A stretch of DNA of 64,000 nt from Nageia nagi (Eukaryota > Plantae > Pinophyta): assembly GCA_050084985.1 (NCBI GenBank), contig JBITNC010000001.1, positions 94,364,001 through 94,428,000 of the forward strand. The letters are read 5' to 3'. Under the pieces are notes generated by a model. It saw only the letters and a program-made list of their open reading frames with translations. It had not been told where the DNA came from and did no database searches. A program made the position numbers and the translations under genes. How positions within the stretch are numbered: position 1 is the stretch's first letter; each line of letters starts with the position of its first letter. This document shows, one piece after another, positions 35,265 to 49,700 of the stretch.

Positions 35265-38200
35265 CTCTTGATTTCAATGGCAAGATAAGGAGTCTTCAGA
35301 TGTAATATTTTGATGAGCAATTAGATCCTCTCCACATTAGGGCTTTAGAGCAGGATGATGAGCTCTAACGAGCATCCTATGGAAGATATCTTCTTGATCT
35401 TAGAGAGACTCATGACCTCATCATTATGAATGGTATTGCTTGATTCCCCCATTCTCATCATCACACGTGTTTTCCTCATGTAGGTGGGTCTTGATTCCCC
35501 CATTCTCATCATCACACATTGATTGGGATCTTGCTCCTAATTATAGCTTTGTATTGAAACAAAAATTTCCTCACATGCACTCTTTATCCTTCATCAATGA
35601 TCAAGCACTTTTCCTTTCCAAGAATCTACACTCCACTATCATGCATATTTTCCTTCACAACATCCACCCTACCCATGAAATCTTGACCATTCCCTGATGA
35701 ACCAATGGTTTGATGTGGATTGTAAATCCATCACCAACTCAAGTAGGGCATCACCTTTGTAAACCCTCCTCCTGTCATCCATTCCCTTCACCAATCTTAT
35801 CGTTAGCTCTTAAGGACCAAGAAGTGCCACTTCTTGGCAAAAAGATGATAAGAAATCATCTCAATCCTCCATAATGATCCCAAATCTTTTTGGCTCTCTT
35901 TCTCACCTAGAAGATATCACACTAGCCACATCATCTTACATGATTAGAGCATTTATGCCTTTTGGATCTACACCAATCCCAACCACATCCCTTCACCCAT
36001 TATCACTTGCCGTTGCTCCTTTGACTTATTTTCCCCTTCCCTCATCCATAAAGCCTTCCTTTAGCTTAGTTTTATGAAAGCACCTGATATCGAAAACCTT
36101 CAAGTCGAATATCTCAAGCATGCTAGTTCCATCATGCCACCCTTCCTCTTCCACCTCTTCAACACCATCATTTGCATTGGCTTCCCCACCCCCTAGACCT
36201 TGAACATTATCCACCCCATCCTCAAATCAGGTGACCCTTGTGATCTAAGCAATTACCATACCATTATGATTGGACACAATATGGCCAAGCTTTATGCCAC
36301 CATTCTTAAGGAATACATATATTAGTTGGAAGATGTTAGAGGCTTTAGGGTAGGAGGATAGGTAGGTTTCCACAAAGATCACCATACCACAGACCACATC
36401 TTCACTCTTTGAGTGATTATTAAGGTGGTTAAGTTCTGGAAGACCCCAATTTTTAGTTGTTTTGTAGATTTTAGGAAGGATTTTGATACTATCCTGCATC
36501 ATAGACTCATGTATAGACTTAGATGATTAGGGATCCTCAAGCTAGGCCTTACTACCATCTTGACACTATACGAGTCAATTTCAAGGAGGGTGCATACTCT
36601 AGAAGATCTATTTAACATGATTCATAACACCATCAGGGTGACGTAGGGTTTCTTGCTTTCTTTGACTCTCTTCAATCTTTATATTGATGAGTTTGAGTCA
36701 TGTATACTCGTGACTATAGGAATCAACACCATGTGTCTTCTCCACAACACTCATGTTCCCATCCTCCTCTTTGTTGATGATATTGTACTACTCTCACACA
36801 TAATAAAAGGTCTTCAACATTTGATGGATATCTTTGATTTGTTCAGTACTAGACAAGACTTAATGGTTAATCTCAATAAAACTAATATTATGGTATTCAA
36901 TACCTCAGAGGCCATTATTGATTAGACTCAGATCACTTACAAGGGTAGGTTTATTAATATTATCACATCTTACACCTACTTGGAGATTCTCTTCATAATA
37001 CCTTGATTCTCTATGTGAGTGATAACCCCATCCAAAGTACAATGAGGATATGCAACAATTTCCTTCTTGGAGAGATAATGTATCTAGAACCATTTTTAGG
37101 ATATCCCATCCAAGCTCCAATTATTCCACACTTTGGTCACTCCCACAATGCTATATGGTTTTAAGGTTTGGGGCCCTAGCTTGAGGAGCTCAGATTGGGC
37201 CATAGTTGAGAGGATCTTGGTTGACACTCTTTCTCACTCTATATAGAGCAAGAGGTTTGTTCTGCACCACATTATGTTGGCAGAGTTTGGCTGCCAACCT
37301 TTACAGATACAGTCCCTTACATTGATGGTTTTTTTCATCATCTCCACACCTTTGCATCTACTGGTAGAGATGATCAGCTTGTTTATAGAGCCTTGGCATT
37401 ATCCATGGACTTGGCAACTCAAGGTTATCATTGGTGTTAGTTCTTTGAGGTCTGTAAGGCATTGCAACACTTCAGGTTTTCATTGGACCAGTTACCTTTA
37501 CCCTAAGGGGACACATAAAGATCTAGATGTTACATTGGATTTGATAAAAGACATGCTTTATAGGGCCTATATTCAATGCACTTGGGTTTCCCCTACCCTC
37601 CCATCACACCCAAGTTGCTACACTACTCTCATCACTTCTCAAGTCTTGATAAAGGGTTGATTTGACCTCCCGATTATGTTAGTCTATGCCTCCCTCTTGG
37701 ATTGTGGATGATCCTAGGCAAGTTTAGAGTGTTCTCCCACCAGATTCGAATTGAGAATGATCACCACTTAGCACATGAGCTCAGAGTTTGTTAGTTGTGC
37801 TTGATAGAGCTTGCAACTGGGGATCATTCCATCTTTTGGTGTTTAATTTTTTATGAGATTCAAGGGTGGTATAACTATCTTTTTAGGGATGCTTGTAGTT
37901 CAATATCAACATTCTTTCAGTTCTTAGACCATCATTGTTTGGTACTCTACCTCAGAGAGACTTTCCTTCTTAGAAAAAATCTATTATTTGACTCCCAACA
38001 CCAGATAGGTGATCTCTTGATTACCTTTTTCTTCCCAGTTTCCTTAGGAGATGGACTTTGTAGGAGGAGGATTGAGGACTCTCTCCGGCCTACTTAATGT
38101 ACTAGATAGAGGGTGCATGCTGACCTTAGTTCTATGAGGTTGCAATGAATCATGACTATTTTTATCCACAATAGTGCCAATGCAAACATAGATTAGCGTA

Positions 38201-38445
38201 GGAGTGCATAGTCAGACAGATTGTGAGAGACCTTGCCTCTGACTATGTTTACTTAATATGTTTCTTTGTTCAACTATTTATTTCATTTTAGGGTTTAACC
38301 CCTATATTGTTCTTATAATTTTCATAGTTTGCTTTGAGTGAGGGCCTTTGAGCCCCTCATGCTGCTTTAGACTTGTATACCCTTTAGTCTCATTGACCAC
38401 TTTTGGTCATCTATGGATAGTAATATAATTTCTTTCTTTGTTTCT
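35265..38445 (+). mobile_element. 5'-truncated RTE-like LINE (EN, RT, C-terminal Cys/His motif)
   Basis: DFNG, IHPILKSGDPCDLSNYHTIMIGH, CFVDFRKDFD, LSLTLFNLYIDE, PILLFVDDIVL, RVFSHQIRIE...C.LC...H.IFWC; TTTC-rich 3' end. Confidence 0.88.
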
Positions 38446-38589
38446 ATATAATGTCCTACTCTTAAAGTAAGATAAACCCTTTTCTTTAAAGAGATTATTT
38501 ATTTTGTTGATTTCATTCTCATAGGGCTCTCTTGTCGATTGTTACCTATGTATCCTCATATTTGTAAACAATAAATCACTTTCCCTTTA

Positions 38590-39699
38590 GTGGCATTTCT
38601 AGGATATTATATTAGGGAAAACATTGATGTTTCTTATCATGTGAAAGTGCTCTAGAAGTAGATTTTAAGTAAATCTACAATCACTAATTTTAAATCACTA
38701 TATTCCTTAACATTAATAATAGAGCCTTTAGCGATAGGACTAAGATACACAAGCACAACCTAAAATTAGCTTGTTGAATGTTTATAGTGATCCTTAAGAT
38801 TAAACTAGGTGGAGACTAAACTAACACTCACATTCAATGATGAATAATAAACCAATTAAAAATAATGAAGTAACAATATTAACAACAATTTGAAGTATAT
38901 AACAAACATAAAGATGTGTAAATATAAACACTTAGATTATTGGATCAAATCTAACCTTATTGAGAAAGAGATTCATAAATATAAATACTTGTTACCTTAC
39001 CTAGACAATAAGCATATTAGAACTTATTGACAATTTAGATCTTAGAATGTAAACCATTTAGACATATGAGACAAAACATGATCCACATCCACACTAGTGT
39101 TTGTACAAACACTAGGGATGGCATTAGCACTCAAGGAAACATCCATGCCAAGATCCCTGTAGCTAAGAATTTACAACTAAGATCCAATAATAGTATAATG
39201 ATAACCAAGCCTAATGTAGCATATAATAGCAAATAGCAAAATGATAAAGCTTGTATGATAATCAAATTTCAATCTCAATATGTATTGTTGAAGAACACCT
39301 AAATTTAGTAATTGAGTGTGAATATCAAGATAAATATTTGATAGCCTCCTCATGTAGATCAATCCTCCATTTATAGGCAAGTACCCTCCCAAATTGGACA
39401 CCTAGAAGGTAGAATCGATGTTGGGGTGCCTTGCATAAGAAGAGAAAAAAGGACATGAGAAGACATTCATAACGATCAATCATAAGATAACACATAATGA
39501 TTTAATATAAAGTTGAACTTAATGAGTACACCTAAGGGTGGAAAACATTAAGTGTCAACATAGCCTATGAGTCAAATACATCAAGCCCCAATAATGGACT
39601 TGGATTAAAATGGTTCTTGATCATAGGTGAGACCTTCATAACATCATTAATATCATCATTAGATATTCCCTAATGGTGACAAAATCACCTTAATCAACA
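38590..39699 (-). mobile_element. Probable LTR fragment, unclassified
   Basis: Minus-strand CCTATAAATGG box near 39370; the plus strand ends in CAACA. No TSD found and the boundaries are uncertain. Confidence 0.3.
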
Positions 39700-40859
39700 T
39701 GCTTAAGACACACAAGCATAAACTAAAATTAGCTTATGTCTCTCACACATCAAGCCCTAATAATAAACTTGAACTCATTATAAACTTCCTCACTTTTAGC
39801 CTCTTCTTGACTATAACTTCCTCGAATCTCACAATCTTATCAAATCCCTTTGGATCTTTTCTTGCATTTCTTATTTTCTTCATGAGCTCTCACAACTTGT
39901 TGGTGCATTCTCTATCTGTTCTTGAATCCTATATCTTTCATAGCATTATGTGTGGCTTTTGATACCTTAAAGCTTTGTGAGACTTTTAAAGCTATCAATA
40001 ATATGGGATTTGAGAATACAAAAAAGACTCAATGGTTTTAAATTTTTTGAAATAATTTTGATGTGCTATGATGGTGTCTTACATTTAGATTTTTGATATT
40101 TAATATCTTCTATTGTAAGCTTAATTAGGATCAAAATTTGCATTAGATTTTGTTAAATAAGAGGTACTACAAGAGGAATAGAAATAAGAAATATTTTGTA
40201 CTTTTCTTTACAATTATTTTGGATATATGACATGGAATTTTCTTTTTGTGAGAACAATGTGTATTTGTGAATTAAAAGAATATGATTTGCATGTATCTTG
40301 GTTGATTTTGTGCACATGTATTTTAGGATATGCTTTTTGTAAGAATATTATGGATTCATAAATTAAAAGAATCTGCTTTGCATGTCTCTTGGTTGATATC
40401 ATGTGCATGTATTTTGGGCTTGAATCTAACTTGTTTGAGATTTGGTTGCAACTAAATAACTCTTCATTTTGTATCTCTCCAAGTGGTGCATCTTGGGTGA
40501 AACCAATTGAATATTCTAAAGTTGAAAGTCATTTGTGTATTTTACTTGTGTTTTGCATGCTTGAATTATTTAAGAAATGATCATTCAAATACTTAATTGA
40601 TATACATTTACTTCTAGACAAACTTTGATAGGTCCTACAAACCAATGGATTTAAAAAGATGTTAAAATACATTTATTTATCTATCTATACCAATAAGTAT
40701 TCCTTTAGGTAAGACAAACAACCTACTGACATAACTTTGTTGATGGACAATCTTTTGATTTCTATGCTATTACTTCTATATTGAAATTAAACCAAAAAAT
40801 TTCCATATTTTTCCATCATAACAAATTGTTAAATCAAGTAAAACAAATAGTAGGTTCTT

Positions 40860-42330
40860 GAAAACTATACTTTGTTCTTGTTCAATACTTCAAATCTATG
40901 AATAATTAATAGATGTGGGTTTCTATCACATGCAATTGTGATAATAATCTTGATAGACATGTATACAAAATGTAGAAGCATTAAGATGACAAGGGTTTTG
41001 TTTGACAAGATGCATTATGAATAAACAATTGCATGGATTACAATTATTGTAGTATATGCAAGGAATGGTTCTAACAAGGAAGGCATGAAACTATTTGAAT
41101 TAATGGAATATGCAGGCATTAATGGAGATGATGTAAGTTTGATAATAGCCTTGATAATATGGAAGAATTAAGATGGAAAAGGCTTTGTTTGACAAGATGT
41201 TATGAGCAAACAATTTCATGGACTATAATGATTGCAATGTATGCAAGGAATGATCAAGTAGTAAGGAAGCAATCAGACTATATAAATAAATATAATATGT
41301 ACACATTAATGTAGACAATATCACATTTGCTATTGTATTATTTGTATGTAGCCATGTAGGTGTAGTGAAAAAGGGTATCAATACTTCAAATCCATAAATG
41401 ATTATTATCATATCACACCTACATTAGACCATTATACATGTATAATTTCCCTTTTTGGTTGTGCCAAGCATATAGATGAAGCAAAAAACTTTATAAATAG
41501 CAAGGCAATAAAACCTATAGTTTGGACTTGTTTGCTTGGTGTTTGTATATTTCATCAACCCTAACCCAAAATGCAACGAAGTACAAGTGGTTTTAAACCT
41601 AATGAATTCTTGTGCGACTATTTTGGAGAGAAACTTTGTTGCAAAGTGGTAGTTACCACATATATGAAGGTTCTTCACAAGTCGAATGGTTGTGCTAGAG
41701 GATTAGTGTAACAACACATATAATTAAGGCAAAGTTTTTATTTGAAAATACACATTATGGATGAACAATTTCATGGACTACAATGATTGTAAGATGTGTA
41801 AGGAATGTTTATATTGAGGAATCCATCAAACTATTTGAACAAATGTAATACTTGGAATTAAATCTAGACCATATAACATTTATTAATGTTTTACCTGCTT
41901 GTAGCCACATAGGTCTAGTGAAATGTGGAAGCATTAAAATGATAATGGTTTGGTAAAATGTGGAAGCATTAAAATGATAATGGTTTGGTAAGATGTGTTA
42001 TGAACAAACAATTTTATGGTATGGAAGGAATGGTTGTAGCAACAATGCCATCAAAATATTTGAACAAATGGAATATGTGGGCATTAATCTAGATGATGTT
42101 ACATTTGTTAATGCAAATAATGCATGTAGCCATGCATGTCTATTGAAAGAGGGCTATCTAAACTTCAAATCCATGAATGATTATTATCATATTATGCCTA
42201 CAATAGAACATTATACCTTCTTGATCATGCCAAGTGTATAGATAAAGCAAAAGACTTCATAAATAGCATGCCAATAAAACCTAATATTGTAGTGTGGACT
42301 TATTTGCTTAGTGCATGTAGAATTCATATA
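40860..42330 (+). pseudogene. Tandem array of about 4 decayed PLS-class PPR C-terminal modules (through E1)
   Basis: LIDMYTKCRSIKMTRVLFDKM, WTTMI, VTFVNANNACSHACLLKEG, FKSMNDYYHIMPTIEHY, DEAKNFINS, MPIKPNIVVWTYLLSACRIH. 35-bp tandem duplication at ~41924-41993. Confidence 0.9.
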
Positions 42331-42347
42331 CCCTAGTCCTTTTAACT

Positions 42348-42696
42348 ATGTTAGGTAAATGTCCTTACAACCTATATTAACTCGACATCTTTGTAAGAGA
42401 GTTTTCATTGGTTAGATGCCATTCAAAATGCATGGTTTTCACTTGCATGCCATTGGTATGAAATGCTATATGTGCCACAATGGAGGTTGGTGGAATTGAT
42501 CTAATACTTGCAAGTGTGCAAATGTTTTATCATATATATATAATGACTATTTATACTCATCGTATTGTAATATTTTGAGGTAGTTATTAGCTATCATATT
42601 GTATGCTTTATTTTTGTGGAATGCTTGCTTCAATTATTTCTTTGTGTGAAAATATCATAGGTTTTGATTCTTTGGTGACACTTGCATAATTCTTCA
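42348..42696 (+). mobile_element. Right-hand LTR of the 34-kb insertion
   Basis: Ends TTCTTCA followed by AAAAG (42697-42701). The 3' ~100 bp are homologous to the end of the LTR at 8433-9053. The left boundary is tentative. Confidence 0.55.
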
Positions 42697-42701
42697 AAAA
42701 G

Positions 42702-44404
42702 TACATAGAACCTCAAACTTATTACAACTTGTATATTTATATTTGATTGGAATAATGAGTTCATTTGGTGGTTTAAGGTATATTCTCACTTTTATTGATG
42801 ATTACTCTATAAAAGTTTGGGTTTACACTTTGAAATACAAAAGTAATGTTCTTGAACAATTAAGGTATTTACAAAATCAATATGGAAGATTTATAGAAAT
42901 ACTAATGAGTGATAATGGATGGGAGTATATTAGCAATGGATTTTGAATTTTTCATCAACTTCTAATTCTCATACTCTAGAAAAAATGTTATTATTGAAAC
43001 AAAGAATAGAGTTCTTATTGAAATAATTAGATATATGTTGTATAATATGGATCTTAATTTAAAAAATTAGGCTAAAGTTGTTAATTGCATGTTATGTAAT
43101 TAATTATTTGACCACTAAATACTTAAACAATATTACTTCTAAACAAAAATATATTGGTTTTATGTCTAGTGCATATTCTAGATGGAAAAAAGATTTAAAT
43201 AGGAAGATAAAAGTAAAATATGCATTTTGGTTGTCCATCATGATGCTTCTATGGGCTATAGACTTTGGGATCCTATAAAAAGGAGATTATTAAGATTAGG
43301 GATAATAAGCTTGATGAAAAACACCCTTCTCATCATGGTTGCTCTTCTCCTCCATAATTTCTTAGTAGTATTCTTATTTCTTCTCATACTTCAAATGATG
43401 ATTTTCCTATAGGTGCTAATTTTGTGTTGGCAATCCTCATTGTGATGTGTTCATGATGATGTTGTTGATCATACTATAAATAGTGGAAACAATTTTGATA
43501 ATAATGGTAATGTTTTTGATACTGATGAACTTCTATTGGGTGTTCATTATGATAGTGATGATTCTCTTTGGATGAATAATAGTGATGGTGCAAATAATGT
43601 TATTAGTAATGATGGTGGAAATATCATTCTAGATAACTCTCCTCTTACTTCTTATCATGATGATATTGATCTCAAGCTAATGTAGGCTAAGAAAACTTTG
43701 ATTGGTGCTTTTAAAAAATGTTCATTTTTGAATAATAGTAATGGGAAAACTAGAGTTTGAAAGAATTTGGCTAATATGACTTTAATGAATCAAAATGAGG
43801 AATAGGAGGATCTCTATACCTTCAAACAACCACTAAGAAAGCCTCATTGGGATGCAACTATGAAATTTGATTATGATGCATTGATGAAGAACAACACTTG
43901 GGTGTTGGTTCCTACTCCTAATGTAAAAAATATTGTAATATGTGAATGATTTTATAAGATCAAACATACTTATTATGGTCAAATTGAATAGCATAATCAT
44001 AAATTGATGTTAAATTATTTTTATAAAGAAGGTGATATTGACTTCAATTAGACTTTTAATCTTACTAATAAAATGTATTTTATAATATTTTTTCGTAGCA
44101 TTGCTTACTCTTTTCATTGGGAAGTGTATTAAGTAGACATGAAAAATGCATTTCTCAATGGTAGTTTAAAAGAGGAAATCTATGTGGAGAAATCCAAGGG
44201 TTTTGATATTTAAAATGGATCTATTCCTCTTGTTTGTAGGTTTAAGAAATTATTTTTTATATGAGAAGAATATTTTTTCTTCTCAATTATAATTCTATGA
44301 TATGTATTTTAGAAAATATTATGTATATGAAAAGATGGGATGTAACTATTCTCATCCTTATTTTGTATGTGGATGACTTGATTATTACATGCAATGATAG
44401 TAAG
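42702..44404 (+). mobile_element. Host copia, piece 2: integrase to RT
   Basis: LQLVYLYLIG, YILTFIDDYSIKVWVY, SDNGWEY, WDATMKFDYDALMKNNTWVLVP, DMKNAFLNG, LYVDDLIITCND. Confidence 0.88.
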
Positions 44405-45605
44405 TGTTGATATTGAAAAATAAAATATTTAATAAATAATACAACAATATAAAACAAGCCTAGATTTAACAATAACTAAGAATATAAATGAATGGAAAAA
44501 GAAATAATTTCTTAGCTATTGGGATCAAATCTTTACTTATTAAGATAAGAGACAAGAGATACTAAACATGTCATCTTTACTTGTACAATTAATTGTATTT
44601 CAAAAATAGACCAAGTAGGCCATTAATGATTAATTTGCAAGATATCAAATATAATAGCTTTGATATCCAAAGCACCAATTGTTAGGCTACGTCTTAGAGC
44701 TTGCATGCTAGAATGGTGAGGAGAGACCTTTAAATGATCAATTGATTGGTGTGATCTTGTACTTGAAATCCTATTCTAACATACAAAGTGAATGAAAGCA
44801 AATAGAACTCATGTGATAGCAAAATATTTATCGTGATAGGTGGTGCCAAGAAATACCAATCACAAATAATGTGTATGAGAGATATCAAGAATAAGATTTG
44901 ATATGATATCTCGTATATACTTCTCTTCTTTATATAGTAAACTATTCTTTTGGCCCAATCTAGCTCACTTATTGCTATCTTGATCCTTGCACCACAAAAG
45001 AAGGAAATAACATGAGATATGGAATATATCATGTATATTATCAAAATAAAGAACATACATCATCATTTATTTTAAGACATCTAAAATAGAAAAGTGTTTT
45101 TATTTTAGGTGTTAACACTTTCCTCCATTTGAAAGTATGATTGAATGTTACCATGTAATCACACATTTCAAAGGAGTAAAAGCATAACATAAAGGATATA
45201 AAGAATAACAAAATACTCTCTTGAATTGATCATAGTGATAACATTGGGTTGGCCATTTTGAATGTTATCCCCCCCGCCTTTACCTTGGCTTTTGCAATGA
45301 AGAGTTTCATTGAATGAAAGAAATCAAGGCAAAGAACCTACATAAAACTTCAAAAATAAAACCCTCAAAAGACAACACATATAACTCAAGAAATATGCAT
45401 CATTTGTTAGCTTAAAGTTCAAAGTAATATAATATATATCTTGACCTATAGGGTGGTACTTAGTGCTCTAAGTACAAATGAGATATAACATAAATGGTTA
45501 ATACCCCAACCATAAATGGGTTTATGAAGATAGTTAATTCCCTAACTATAAAAGGGATGTCAAAACGATGCATCTCTTATGGATTATGCTAGAAATGTGA
45601 TCTTT

Positions 45606-45783
45606 ATAATGGGTTTGCATTATGGGTAGTTATTTATTTCGAAATACTAAATGAGTTAAGAAGCACAATGGGGTTGCCATTATGGGTACTAATTTTTTCT
45701 AAAGTAACAAATGAGCCAAGAAACATAATGGGGTTACTATTGTAGGTACTAATTTATTATAAAGTACCAAACAAGCCAAGAAG
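45606..45783. repeat. 60-bp tandem repeat, 3 copies, in the gypsy 3' region
   Basis: Units of AATGGGGTT.CCATTATGGGTACTAATTT...AAATGAGCCAAGAA. Confidence 0.85.
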
Positions 45784-46790
45784 TGGCATCATCATGGGGT
45801 TAACATGAAGGGCCTTCTTATGCCCCAAATATCAAAATGGGAATTTCATAGAATTGAGCATAATATATGATTATGAACAAAAATAAAATGATCATAGATT
45901 CATAGAAAAATAATACCTGCATATATCATTTGTAATGAATTAGAAATGCTTTTGAATCTCAAAACTTGAAATTTGCTATAGATAATCTTCATAATGAACT
46001 CTTCATCATTTTAGATTCTTTAATCTTTAAAAAGGTTTGAACAAGTTGGAAGTTAATCTTCTATGAGTAACCACATTTTGGTGGCAACTCTCTGTTCTTA
46101 CTAGAAACCATCTTCTTTTCTAAAACTAATTGTAAACAAGACTAACACATTTTGATCTTAGTATTGATAACACCAAATAAACCTTCCCAATTGTGGGTGC
46201 TTGGGAACTAGAGAGGAAAGGAAATATGAAGGCTAAAAAGGATTTTCATTACTAAGTACTATGCAAAATCTGAACTTCAAAATCAAAATTGGGTCGTTGG
46301 AGCTAGGATTGTCAAATATGAAACTTCTTCAAATACATGATTTTGGTGGTATATTAATCCTCTTTTTCATTAGTTGTTTTGAACCTATATACACCCTTTC
46401 CATACTTTGTAGCTACAATAAAAATTCATATCCAATTGGACTCAAATTTGCTAAGCTTTTCTTCCTTTTCTACCTTTAAATCTTATGATGGTCATCATTA
46501 AGGAAAAGATCACCAACTTTGAACTCATTTGGATTCATTCTCTTACTCTATGCTATTTTTATTATATTATGATACACTTTGAGATGCTCAATTGCATTTA
46601 CCCTTTTCTCATCTAGAGCTTTTAACTACCTTAACTTTTCTACATTTATATCTTCTTAATCAATGATGCCTTCAAGATATATTCTTAGGAATGGAATCTC
46701 ACTATCTAGAGGAAGGAACACTTCATCTCCATACACAAGAGAGTAAGGAGGACAACCTATTTTGACGTGATGTTGGTCCCATATGCCATT

Positions 46791-49700
46791 CGAAACAAAG
46801 GGAGAAATTATACTAATGTCCATAGGTGACCAAAAATGGTTAATGGGACTAAAAAGTGTACAAGTCTAGAGAAGCCTGAAGGGCATAATGGCCCTCATTC
46901 AAAGTAAAATAAAAATCTAAGAAAAAATAATGAATAGTACCTAGAAGGGGGTAAGCAGTCAAACAAAGAAGCACAAGGAAAAGGTCTCTCTTCATCTATC
47001 TGACCATGCCCTCCTAGATTGATTTGTGATCTATGTTGATGTCATTATGATTGAAGAAGGTCATGATCCACTGCGACCTCATAGAACTAAGGTCAACATG
47101 CACCCTCTATCTGGTACATCAAGTATGCTAAGGTGGGTCACCAATCCTCTACCTTTGAACTCCCTCTCTTGAGGTGATCTAAGAGAAAGAGGTAATCAAG
47201 TGATCTGCTATTGGGTGTTGAGAATCAGATAATAGATGCTTCTTGAGAAGGAAAGTCTCTTTGAGATAGAGTGCTAAACATTGATGGTATGAGAATTGGA
47301 AGAATGTCAAGATTGAGCCATGTGCATCTTAAAAAAGATAGTGGTACCACCCCCAGATCTTGTAATAGATCAAACATCAGAAGATGAAATGATCTTAAAT
47401 CTTAGGCTCTATCCAGCATAATTGATATGCTCAAAGTTCACATGCCAAGTGGTGATCTAACTCAATCCAAAGATGATGGGAACACACTCTAAATTGGCCT
47501 AAAAACATTTGCAAGCCAATAGGGAGGTGTAAATTGATGTAAGAAAAAGGTCAAATCAACCCTATGTCAATCCTCAAGAAGTGATGTGAGTAGTGTAACA
47601 ACTTAGGTGTGAGGGGAGACTGGGGAGTAACCCAATTGCATTGAATATAAGCCTTGTAAAGCATGTCTCTAATCAAAGCCAATGTAACATCAAGATCCAT
47701 ATCAGAGTCACCTTAGGGCATAAGTAGTTGGTTTGGTGAAAACTCAAAGTGATGCAATGCCTCAAAGAGCTCAAAGAACCAACATCAATAACAAACTTGA
47801 ACTATCAAGTCCATGGATGATGCCAAGGCTTTGTAAGGAAGTTGGTAAACTTGACTTGTAGAAGCAAAGATTTGGAGATGATGGAGAAAGAGGACCATCA
47901 ATGCAAGGGAACATATCTGTAAAGGGGGTAACCAAACTCTGCTAGCATAACATGGTGCAGAATAAACCTCTTACTCCGAATAGAGCAAGATAGGGTGCCA
48001 ACCAAAAGCTCTCTGACTATGGCCTAATCTGAGCTTCTCAAGCTAAGGCCCTAAACCTTAGAACCACATAGCACTAAGGGAGTGACCAAGGTGGGAAATA
48101 ACTAGAGCTTGGATGGTATATCCTAAAAATGGAGCTAGATACACTATCTCTCCATGGAGGAAACTATTGCATATCCCCGCTAAACTCTAGGTGGGGCTAT
48201 CGCTTGCATAGAGAATCGAGGTCTCATGAAGAGCTCTCCCAAGCATATGTAATATGTGGTGACCTCAATGGCCTTATCTTTGTAAGTGATATGAGTTTGG
48301 TTAACAATGACCTTTGAGGTGTTGAAGACCATAATATTGGTTTTATTGAGATTAACCACCAAATCTTGTCTTGTGCTGAACAACTCAAGGGTATCCATCA
48401 AACATTGAAGACCCTATGTAGTGTGTGAGAGTAGTACAATATAAGTGAATCCAACTTGTCAATATAAAGATAAAAGAGAATTAGAGAAAGAGGGCAACCT
48501 TGTTTCACCTTGATGGTGTTGTAGATTGTATCAGATAGGCCCTTTGTAGTACATACGCTCCTTGAAATAGACTCATAAAGGGTCAATATGACTATAAGGC
48601 CTAGCTAGAGGATCCCTAATCATCTAATTCGATCCATGAGTTTATGACATGGGATGGTATCAAAAGCCTTCCTAAAATCTATAAAATAGCTAAAAATTAG
48701 GGTCTTTCAAAACCTAGCCTTCTTAATGATTGCCTGAAGAGTGAGGATGTGGTCAATGGTGTGGTGATCTCTATGGAAACCTACCTATCCTCTTGCCCTA
48801 AAGACTAACATATGCCAATTGAGAGATGTAGTGCTCAAGAGTGATGGCATAAAGCTTGGCCATAGTGTGGCCAATCATAATGGTACAATAATTTCTCATA
48901 TTATAAGGGTCACCTAATTTATGGATGGGGTGGATAATGTTCATGGTCCAGGGGGTGGGGAAGCTAGTGCAAATGATGGTGTTGAAGAGATGGGAGAGGA
49001 AGGGGGTACGACTAAATTAGCATGTTTGAGGTATTTAGCTTGAAGGTTTTCAATGTCAGGCACCTTCCTAGAACTAAGCTTACAAATGGCTTTATGGGTG
49101 AGGGGAGGGGAGAAGAATTCGAAGGAGGATGGGCAAGTGATAATGGGTGAAGGGATGTGGTTTGGATCGATATAGAGCTTAGAGACATAAATGTTCCAAT
49201 CTTGAAGGGTGATGAGGCTAGTGTGATGGCATTTAGGTGAAAAAGAATACCAAAATGATTTAGGGTTGGTGTGGAGTGTCAAGATGATGTATTGTCATAT
49301 TTTGGCTAAGAAGTGGCACTTCTTGGTCCTCAAGAGCTAACAGTAAGAGTGATGTAGGGAATGGATGACATGTGAGGGGTTTGCAAGGTCGATGGCTTGT
49401 TTGAGTTGATAGTGTCTATATTTACACTTTGTATTGAACCCTTGGTTCATTAGAGAGTGACCATGATGACAAGGGTGGGGTGGAGGGTAAGTGGCATGAG
49501 GGAAAATATACATGATAGTGGAGTGTAGGGTCTCAAAAAGGAAAAGCACCTGGTCATCGATGGAAGAAGAAGAGTGCATGTGGGGAAGTTTTTGCTTCAA
49601 TATAAAGCTATAATTGGGGGTGAGATCTTGATCAAAGTGGATGATAGTATGAGGTGTGGGAGGGGCAAGGTGATGGGTTGAAATAAGGATGATGAGCAAA

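Noticed and set aside
41993-42241. 82-aa PPR ORF as a functional gene
   Set aside because: It is a fragment of a frameshifted, stop-ridden array with no targeting peptide or complete domain set.
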